Below are positions 11,833 through 21,240 of a DNA stretch of 32,000 nucleotides, piece by piece (the first letter of the stretch is position 1; each line of letters begins with the position of its first letter). The DNA is from Bigelowiella natans nucleomorph. Lineage: Eukaryota > Protista > Cercozoa. Location of the stretch: NCBI GenBank assembly GCA_000002455.1, contig DQ158858.1, forward strand, positions 66,137-98,136. Direction: 5' to 3'. The notes under the pieces were generated by a model. The model was not told the DNA's origin and did no database searches. It worked only from the letters and a program-made list of their open reading frames with translations. Position numbers and translations under genes: made by a program.

Positions 11833-12878
11833 ATGATTATCGCACTTCTTGAAACAATCACTGGAATATTCTTATTAAAAATTACACTGAAAAAAAAACA
11901 AACTCGGTTTTCCATTTTACAATATTTACCATTTAGAAATATATTTGCAACTATAGAGTTCTGTAGTTTATACAATTTTTTCTATTGTAATGAAAGGATA
12001 ATTGGCTTTTTAAAGTGCTGTTTTACTGTTTATTTTTTCTAACTAGAATATAAAGCCCGGTTCAATAATATTAGTATCCGATGTTATTTATAATCATCTA
12101 ATCTCACTTTCTCACGATAGTTATTTTATAACTGATCATATTTCATTAAAATTAACAAGACTACTACGAGAATACTTTTTTAGTACATTGACCACAATTT
12201 CTAAAAAAACTTTTCAAACCATCTCTAAATTCCTAAATAATTCTATTAACAAAATAAAGGTATTATAAAATATTTTAGTTCAATTCTTTTAAATTTTATG
12301 ATAAATTAATCACAAAAAGAAATCAAAAAACAATAAAGGATATTAATGATAAATTTATTGAAATTGTACTAATGTTGAGAAAGAATCATCACGGTATATT
12401 CAATGAAAACAAAGAGCTCTTATACTTTTTTGAGAATTGTAAAAAAATCAACCGTTTTTACAATACTATTATGAATAAAAATTTACGTTTTTCTCAATAT
12501 TATTTAAACAGCATGGCTAACTCTTTATTACAAATAAATGAGAATTTCAAAGTTTATTAATTTTAAAAGTGTTTTAAAAGTTTTCTAAACTCTTTTAAAG
12601 AAAAAAAAATATTACCATTAATTATTATTTTATTTAGTTTAAAAATAATATTGCACTTTCAACAAATTTTAACTTCAATATTATCTTGTATTCCTTGCAA
12701 TGAAGAAAGAAGACCTACTACTTTGACATATTTTCGTAATTACCCTTCAGAGACTGCTTTAATACAGATCTGGTCGATCTCAAAGTCTATAAATTCAAAA
12801 CAAATATTAGCGAATGTTTATGCAATTAACTCTAAAATTAAATCAAGAAATATACTTTATAAATTGTTCGGATTTTAA
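11833..12878 (+). CDS. Nop56/Nop58-like box C/D snoRNP protein, highly divergent and truncated
   Basis: Spliced: MIIALLETITGIFL (NOP5NT), ILVSD, KLTRLLREYF, NKIKFN, LMLRKNHHGIFNE (cf. MRVREWYGYHFPE) and LTYFRNYPSET (cf. LTNLAKYPAST). Confidence 0.72.
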
Positions 12879-12958
12879 CAATTTTCACTTATAATTGATC
12901 AATACAAGATATCTATTCTTTTTAAATCATAGAATTAATAAATGTATTATAATTTTAT

Positions 12959-13308
12959 TTAACATAAGTAAAGCATTTTTCTACATAAGGATAAGTTCCC
13001 TAAAGAAATAATATACAAGACAATTGCTTCAAATCCATTGTTATTTTCCCTTAATAATAATAGATATTCTGATACCAAAGGTATTATATCCTACTTTAAT
13101 CAATAAATACCAAGTATAATTGTATAAATATTAAATTTGTTAAATTCTTGGAGAACCTTTTGTTTTGTCTAAGTTTGTTGGACTGATGAATTATAAAATA
13201 CAATGAAATAGAAATTATTCTTCTTATTATAGCTTGTCTTTGTTCAATTATAGCTTTATTTATCATATACCTATTAAATTTAACTTTTTCTTGGCACTGT
13301 TCTCGCAT
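12959..13308 (-). CDS. Hypothetical protein (spliced)
   Basis: A 70-aa ORF is extended by a 20-nt intron (13091-13110) to ...DIIPLVSEYLLLLRENNNGFEA...LC*. It fills the gap between neighbouring genes. No family recognised. Confidence 0.45.
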
Positions 13309-13342
13309 TATTTAGGAATATTTAATTATTATTAAAGTAGTT

Positions 13343-14933
13343 TCAAGTAGTATAAACTTCACCATTTTTAATGTTTCTAGTGTATTCATAAAATAATTTC
13401 TCCATATTTAGAATTTTAAATAAGTTTTCAAGCGTTACAAGATGATCTGAATCAGACGATTTTCTTGATTCATTCGTAGATGATAAAATGTCAATTTTCT
13501 ATTATGAAATTAAAAACCTTAAGAATTTTTAAAAATAATTCACCACCAATTCTTTTTTTTAATTGTAAAAATAAATTTTTTATAAAAACCCTCATCGAAG
13601 AACTAGTTGTCTTTTATTTATAATCGTATACTTGAAGATCAAGATTTATTCTTTTTAATATTTTCCATGACAAGGCATTCACGCTTAAAAGATTGCCATA
13701 AAATATACACAATTTTTTAATTTTTATTACATCGAGTCTATGGATAGTTTGAAGTATTACAATAAAACATTCTTCTAAAAATTTTTTTCTATTCATACTT
13801 ATAATACTTTTTAAAATCTGTTTTGCATAACATCTCTGACAAAGTTATGTAAAATTTCAAGGAATTTTTTTCTTGGAGACAACATTCAATTATTGTAGTA
13901 CAAATATTTATTTGTAAAAATTTAGGAATATTAAGTTTGTGAATTCTCTGAAAAGCATCCTCTGCGCTTAAGGAAGACATAAAAATTATGTATAGATTTT
14001 TTCGTAACACAATTGTAGCATTATCTTGATAGTTTTTGCATTCATTTTTTGTGTAATTTTTTTCTTTTGTAAACTTGGCAGCATTTTTCACATATGCATT
14101 GGTGCTTTTTTCTATTTGATTCATAATACTTTCTATGAATATCAAAAAGTTTAAACAGTGGTCATTTTTAATCAGGGTTTTGGTTAATTGCGAATATAGA
14201 ACTTTTTTATGAATTAATGTATTTTCAATGTCACAATCAAGCTTTTGAATTTTTCTAAAAAATTCACTATACCTTAATTTTAGTTCATCCCTTGTATTAA
14301 TATCCATATGTTTTGATTTAATAAAATCATTTTTTTTAAGTCCATCATTTACTGAAAACAAATAATTATAGATATTAGAGTTTATCTTTTTTTTCATAAA
14401 AATTTTTATTCTATTATCACAATTAAAACATTTTTAAAATACCATTAAATGGTCTTCGGTGAAGAGATAAACAAAGCTTTAAAATAATCTTTATAAGACA
14501 CAAAGAAAAGTATGATTTTTGGTTAATCATGAAGGATAAGATTTTTTTTATAATTTTTGTCTCAATTATTTTATTTTCAATTAATAAAATAATAAAATAC
14601 AATGAAACTTTAGATGCGTAAAAATTGTGGTTTTTATATGACTCTCGAAACTAAAAAATAAAATTAACCTGCATAATTAAAGAAGACAATAATTTTGTAA
14701 CAATACTAGGCAATACGTAATTAATAAAACTAATAAAATCAACCACTGATTTTGTCATCCTTGGAAAGCAGCTCTGCTGAAATAAGATAAATCTTAAAAA
14801 GCATACTTCATTTTTTAATATATGCTTTTTGTATAATTTATACTTCCAACGTCTGTTTTACGTTTCTATAATTAATTTTAACAGAGTAGGTTTTATTTAT
14901 ATGTTTAATCAATTTTTTCATATTTTGATCCAT
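13343..14933 (-). CDS. cwc22: Pre-mRNA splicing factor Cwc22 (MIF4G + MA3)
   Basis: MA3: LRKNLYIIFMSSLSAEDA...IIECCLQEK...TIHRLD...LSW...TTSSSMRVFIKNLF. MIF4G: KINYRNVK...QQSCFP...FINYVLPSI. The start codon is approximate. Confidence 0.88.
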
Positions 14934-14988
14934 TAATTACTACTGCTTTTATACTTAAATAATTTTATTTTGAATTACTTAGTTTACT

Positions 14989-15223
14989 CTAGTTGGCTTC
15001 CCTTTCAGATTCTTTTAACAAAACTATATCTCCTATGAATTAAAACTATACCTATACGAACTGGCCCTTTAATATTTCTTATTAATGTTTTTTTAATATT
15101 TGTAATTGATTTAACTCTTACTTGAGTACCCTAAATTTTCTTTAATACTTGTCCGCGTTTTCCTACCTTTTTAAGTATCTTAGTAACTATTACAAATTCT
15201 GAATTAGAATCTTTCACTACCAT
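14989..15223 (-). CDS. rps28: 40S ribosomal protein S28 (eS28)
   Basis: Two tiny introns. VTKILKKVGKRGQ/GTQVRV...[24 protein letters not shown]. Confidence 0.95.
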
Positions 15224-15334
15224 TGTTAAGAATAAACTGCACCCGGCTAATATAAGTTAAAATTTAAACTTTAGAAAACCAATGAATAATATCTATCTCT
15301 TATAAACTAATTGCAAAAATAAACGAGTCAATAT

Positions 15335-15825
15335 ATGACGATTAAAAAATTAAAAAACACAGCATCAAAACTATTGAAATGCGGATCTAATAAAATTAAA
15401 ATAAACCCAATTTATTATAGTTTTTTAAAATCAGAAAACAATAGTTAAATTTTTTAATATAGGAAAAAAAATAATTGATCTCTTCAAAAAAAGAATAATA
15501 ATAAAAAAAACAATAAAAGGTGTATCCTCCTACAGGAAAAAACTAAGGAAAGCTAAAAAACAATCTGGTTTAAAAAGAGGCATTGGTTATATTCTAATCA
15601 AAAGGTAGAAGAAAAGGTACTAAAAACGCAAGAAAAAAGTATAAAATTTTATGGATCCATAAAATTAGAAACCAGAGAAAATTATTAAAGATGTTTAGAA
15701 ATAAAAAACAATTTTTAAACTATAAAATATTATTAAACAAAGTATTCTTTTTTTCAAAGATTAAAGGAAATTTTTTCTCATCAACAAAACATCTCTTAGA
15801 ACATATGAAATTATCATATAATTAA
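15335..15825 (+). CDS. rpl19: 60S ribosomal protein L19 (eL19), short form
   Basis: ASKLLKCGSNKI, NNSRKKI, GLKRGIGRRKGTKNAR, WIHKIR and IKGNFF after intron removal. Confidence 0.92.
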
Positions 15826-15912
15826 ACTTATCTTATTAAATTAATATTCCAATAAGATTGCGCTTATTTGTTTAACGTAATTATAATGATGATAATTAAT
15901 TAATCCTATTAT

Positions 15913-16613
15913 TTATTTTAAAAAATCGTCGATAATAGTTTGAATACTTATAGGAACTGCCGGAGTTGACCCTCTTTATGATATTTTTTTACCTTAACGA
16001 ATGCCATAAGCCCCACACAATCACACTCATAAAGAAAACATACATCAGATTGTCTATTAAAGGAAAGAAAAATGACCATCTAATATAGCTTCCTAGAATT
16101 ACTTTATAGTTCGTTAAACACAAAATTATTAAATCAAGAAAGTTTGCCTATTTTTAATAATATTACGATAGCTGCATGAAATCTTAGGAACATTGGTAAT
16201 TCTCGATTACTTACTATCCCTACCACCAAATACATGTATAAACTAACTAGCAAAAAAGTGCACCCAAAAACAACTGCACACGGATATTCTAATTTATAAT
16301 TTATACACTTAAAAGTTCATAAATAATCAAATTTAATGGAAAATTACTGTAAGTATTTCTTCCATGAATAAATATAGTTAATAAAGGTAGCATATACGTC
16401 AAAGCAGCTTTCACATTGATATATTTATCCTTTTTTTTGCTATTTCTAAGGGAAGAAACTAAATTTAAAAGAACAACTTTCGTTTAGAACGACTACTTTT
16501 TTATATTTTTTGTCAATTAAAAAATTTTTTTTATCACACATTCGTCTTGCTATTGAAACTTTACTAAAATGTTTTAAACTAAATGCATAACTATTTTTTA
16601 TCGATAGTATCAT
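15913..16613 (-). CDS. tic20: Plastid inner-membrane translocon Tic20 with putative transit peptide
   Basis: AALTYMLPL...GRNTYSNFP, YLVVGIVSNRELPMFLRFHA and WGLWHSLRGSTPAVPI match Tic20/Ycf60. The N-terminus MILSIKNSYAFSLKHFSKVSIARR is S/K/R-rich and lacks acidic residues. Confidence 0.85.
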
Positions 16614-16749
16614 AAACGAGCGAATTATAATTAAAAGTTATACACTGGTACCCTCGTTTTCTCGGGATTGTAAACTTTTAGAATTATTAATATACAGTTT
16701 ACTTAAGGTTTGATCAATTTTATTTAGTTAACTAGAAATATCATAAATA

Positions 16750-17467
16750 TTATATGACTTTGTCAATTATACCAAATTTTAAAGCTTCCTGGGAGCTAAT
16801 TGATAGTTTCCTTAGATAAAACTACTTGATTAAAGCTTACTTTCTTAATAGTTTCCGGCTTCAGTTGGGTTTCCTTTGATATATTATAAATAATTAAATT
16901 TTGTTTATATAATAAATCTTTCCAAAAAGTGACCGTATCTTTCTTATTTGATATTCTCTTAGAATTTATTTCAGTCTCAGTGAATAATACTATTAATTAA
17001 AGTTGTACCTATAGAATTTTTTAGTCCATATCTATTTGACTTTATTCCAGACGATAGAATTAACCCAATATCGTAATTACATAAACCTATGTTATATGAT
17101 GAGTATTCAAATCTTATGGTTTGTAAGAAGTTATAAAGGTATAAATCACTAGTATATAAAAAATTCTAAGTATTTTTATCTAACATTTTTTGTTTGATAA
17201 GGAGTATTTATAAATATCCTATTTTTCTCATTTTTCCTATTCATAAATAAGAAAATTACCTGTGATATTAAAAGCTGTACAATAAATGTATTAATCTATA
17301 GAGTATTAAATTACAGGTTGCCCAATAAATATTATGTTTTTCTCATAAATTTTAGAAGATATATCATAAAATTTTTTAGTATTTTTACCGATTCTCTTGT
17401 TTTTAAAGTATTTATTGATACAATTATATTTCTTAGGTACTTTTAAAATAAATGAAGTCCTGATCAT
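16750..17467 (-). CDS. clpP: Plastid Clp protease core subunit, non-catalytic ClpR type
   Basis: NIIFIGQP, RIFIN, LYNFLQTI, IGLCNYDIGLILSSGIKSNRYGLKNS and SSQEALKFGIIDKVI. Basic N-terminal extension and several 19-nt-class introns. Confidence 0.85.
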
Positions 17468-17515
17468 CTTGTGAATTTATAAAGTAATAAAAATTATTTA
17501 TGTAAATTTTTCACA

Positions 17516-18262
17516 ATGCTCAGGACGAAAATAGAAAAAATAGAAAATAAAAATACTAATAAATCAGAAAAAAATATGCCTATAGAAAAGTATCTTTAAA
17601 TAAAAAAAGCATTCCCCAAAAGTTTACAAAAACATTATTCATCTACAATCTACATTCAAATCTCGAAGAATATTCGATCTATGATTTTTTTTCTCGAGAC
17701 TGCAGGATCATCGACTTAAAGTTACTAAAAGATCGGAGTAATGGAAAATCAAAAGGTATGGCCTATATAGAGGTACTAACTGAAGTAAAAATTTTAGTAT
17801 TAGAAGGATCTTATGAATGCTTTAGCATTAACAGGAAAATTTCTCTATGGAAATTATTTAATGGTAAAAATTTCAGAAGTATCGTTATTTTTTATAAGGC
17901 CGGAAAAAATTCAAATGGTGAATTATCTCGTTCTAAAAATTCAATATCATTAATACCTGGTCAAAAGTATAATATCCTTGATACAATTACAGAATCTTCG
18001 AATATTTTAATTGTTAATAACTTAAATCACGGAATCAGAGTTTTACAATTAATTATAGGAAAAAGATTTATTTAGCTTATTTTCTCTCTTTGGAAAGGTA
18101 GTTAAGATAGACTCTTTATTTTTAAATAATGATTTTTATTATTGCGTCACGTTTACAAACTACACGAGTGTCATGTTATCCAAAATGAAATTACACAAAA
18201 TCAAATTGGGCGGTAGACCAATGTCAGTGCTAGATAAAAAAGAATTTTTAGACACTTTTTAA
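17516..18262 (+). CDS. RBM39/CAPER-like two-RRM splicing factor
   Basis: Spliced RRM1 LKDRSNGKSKGMAYIE...ALALTGKFLYGNYLMVKISEAGKN matches RBM39 RSKGIAYVE...AIGLTGQRVLGVPIIVQASQAEKN. RRM2 is LIVNNLNHGIREKDLFSLFSLFGKV...LGGRPMSV. Confidence 0.85.
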
Positions 18263-18301
18263 AGTAAAATAAATCAAGATCAATTGATAGAATAATTTCA
18301 C

Positions 18302-20964
18302 TTAGAACATCATTTCGAGCATAAATATATAGAACTTATAAATTAAATTGTTTACAATATTTATAAACTAATTTTTTATTAAATTACCTGGTGCGCATTT
18401 ATTTTTAAATACTTCATTAATTCTTTTATATAGTTATTCTTTACTAGTAAAAGTATCAGAACAACTTTTTCTAATAACGTACTTTTATATAAATGTTAAC
18501 GTTTCAAAATAATATAAATTGTTTATAAAAATAGTTGAAAACTTTTTGAATACATCAAAAATAAATACTGATAATTTTTTTTCGAGTAAAAATATCTCTA
18601 ATTTTACCAAATCTAGGAAATTTACAGCTGGAATCAGATCTATTTCGACAGATGTTTGATTAGATTTATTACATTTCACGAAATGGTAAAACTTACACAA
18701 CATCAAAATGAATAAAGGCGAAAAATTCATTAAACGGTAACCCTGATAAAATAAAATTCTATAAAAAAAGACTTTACGTTTGAACATTTAATAAAGCTGT
18801 CTCTGATAATACCGAGTCAGTAAAATAAAATTCATCCACTCTTGCTATTAGGTTCTTAATTAAATATAAAGAAACAATATTAGTAGAATTAAAAGAGATC
18901 GAGATCGTAGAAAACCCAATTTTAAACCAGAAGTTAAACTCATTAATAAAACTTGAAATTTTAATTGTTAAATAATGTTGTACATTTCTAATCTGATTGC
19001 GCTTCTGGAAAATTTTCGATAACAATGTAATTACGCTACTAATTGTTTGGTATTCTTTATGAAAACAATAAACCTTTTCTCAAAGTAGTGAAAAATGGTT
19101 CGAAAATAATAGTTTTAAAGGTAATACATCTAAAAAGCGAATTCATCATTAAAATATTGTTAAGATTCAATGTATTATGAAATAAATTCTTGAGTAAAGA
19201 TACTTTTTCGGGTTTAATAAGACTCATTTCTATAATTCCCCACAAATCCCCCTTCAAAGACTGATACGTAAAAACTTACTTTATATCGCTTTTCATTGTC
19301 CAAACAAATGATAAAAAAAGAGTTGTTTGATATTAGCTTTTGTAGTGGCGTCAAGCTCGTGTTAATTGATGATTTTAAATAAAAATAAGAAAGAATATTA
19401 TGAATCAATTTATTCTTCTTCATAACCAATAGTTCCCATTCGCACGTACCTAATACATGAAGCTTAGGTGTTATACAGGGATTATATTCTTTTATTTTTA
19501 AATAATATTGTAGGTTGGGCTTTGTATATAGAAAAATTTCTGCCCATTTTTCTAAACCATCTTCTTTCCTAAATCTATACAAAAATAACAAACCTTATAG
19601 GAGTTATTAGAATAATATGAAGAAATTTTTTTAATCGCAACCAAAAAACCTATTAATTGGCTAAAGACCTCGTTCGAATAAAAGGTGACTATACTAGCCG
19701 GTAGATAAAAGCCATAAGAATAAAAACCGCTAAGCGATATAGATAAAATTATATGTTTGGCTTTTGATACGAACTTAGATGCAAAAATTTTATTAGCATT
19801 TTCTTCATCTATAATAATGCAATCGCCGATCCTATGGAAATTATGCTTAAGTTTATATTCAATATTTATATACTTGTAAAAAATATCTCAACCTTTAATA
19901 CTAAACTCGTGAAAATTAATTTTAATTTTTTAAACCTATTCAAATTGTAGCACACAATTTTAAAATCAATTTTTTCCTTAAAACCAACAGAGCTCAAACT
20001 TGTGATAATAAATTGTAAAATAATATTAATATTAGACAAATAAATACTAAATATCTCAATTTGGTTGATACCTAGTAATATCATCACAGTTGTTAACATC
20101 CCAAGCAAAGATGACTTTTAAAAATAATATCTACTTTGCCTCTTCCTCTTGCAGAGAATATAGTCGAGAATGTGTTGTTATTATTTAAAAAATGATCAAA
20201 CATCAAAATCATGCCTTTAGTTTGATCAAATGATGCACAGGATTTAATATAAGGTTTGATCAATTTCAAATTTATAGACCCTTTTATCGTTTTTTGATGT
20301 ATAAATTTTTGTATCTCAGTGTTATACTTGTTTAATTCATTCCTAACACTCGGAATAAAATCTGATGAGAACCTAGATATCCTATTCTTTTTCATCACTA
20401 TTTTATTTTTAATAAATACTAATAATGAAATTAGTATGTAGTGAGAAATGAAAATCTGTGTATCTCTATAATAGGTATAAAATTTACTATCATAAAACAC
20501 AAAATCTTTATCTTGTACTATACAGATGAGAGATCCCCCTCCTACAGTAGTATGTATCCCAAAACATAGAGAATCCAATCCCATTGGTCCATTAACCTAT
20601 TTAGATTATTATTACATCAAAAATAGAAATGTTATAATTTAAGCATCTCTTTACTTTATTATCGAGTGATGTGTTATAATCTATGTGAAGAATAGAATAA
20701 ATAAGCGAATATAATAATTTTTTCTTTCCCTTAATGGATCTCAAAAAGATTTTAGAACCTTAATAGTTTTTTAAAATCGGTAGATTGAGAAAAATTAATA
20801 TACAATAAATTTTTTTTCACAATTATAGAATAGATCAAAAGGATAATCGAAAAAGTTTTATTGAAACAAACACTTTCTATAAAAAAAAGGAGTCTTTGAT
20901 CTGTAAGAAAATTTGATAAAATTCTAAAAAATAATTTAGTTTTAGATAAAATTAAAGTCTTCAT
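18302..20964 (-). CDS. kre33: Kre33/NAT10 rRNA cytidine acetyltransferase-helicase, divergent
   Basis: Seven ORF pieces joined by tiny introns: HTTVGGGSL (cf. ETVEGGGL), SARGRGKSSLLG (P-loop), IIIDEE, DGLEKW and FWFKIGF (cf. FWKRAGF). The 3' end is approximate. Confidence 0.83.
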
Positions 20965-21240
20965 TACGAAGTATTTGATGTGTAAACTACTCTAATGGCT
21001 TTTCTACTGTATTGACTATAATACTTAAGGAACTTTCTTAACGAACATGAAGAGTTCTTGTACTAAGAAACATTTTTTATTTTAAAAAATATTACTTGAT
21101 ATACTAATAGAATAAAAATTTCAATAAAAATTTATTTAAAAAACTATTCTATAATTAAAACAAAGTTCTAAAATAAATCTTACAAATTATAAATTAAACC
21201 TGTATAAAAGGATTCTAAGTAAGGTATCTGCTGTTACTTA

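Larger units (their letters stand above)
75..20760. other. Dozens of ultrasmall (18-21 nt, mostly 19 nt) AT-rich GT-AG spliceosomal introns
   Basis: Examples are gtataaaaattataaaaag (8705-8723), gtattatgaaaataattag (8948-8966) and gtccattttcaaattatag (10504-10522). Removing each restores conserved protein motifs. Confidence 0.95.

Noticed and set aside
1-21000. Fragmented ORFs read as pseudogenes, frameshifts or an alternative genetic code
   Set aside because: The breaks I traced are resolved by removing 18-21 nt GT-AG introns under the standard code.
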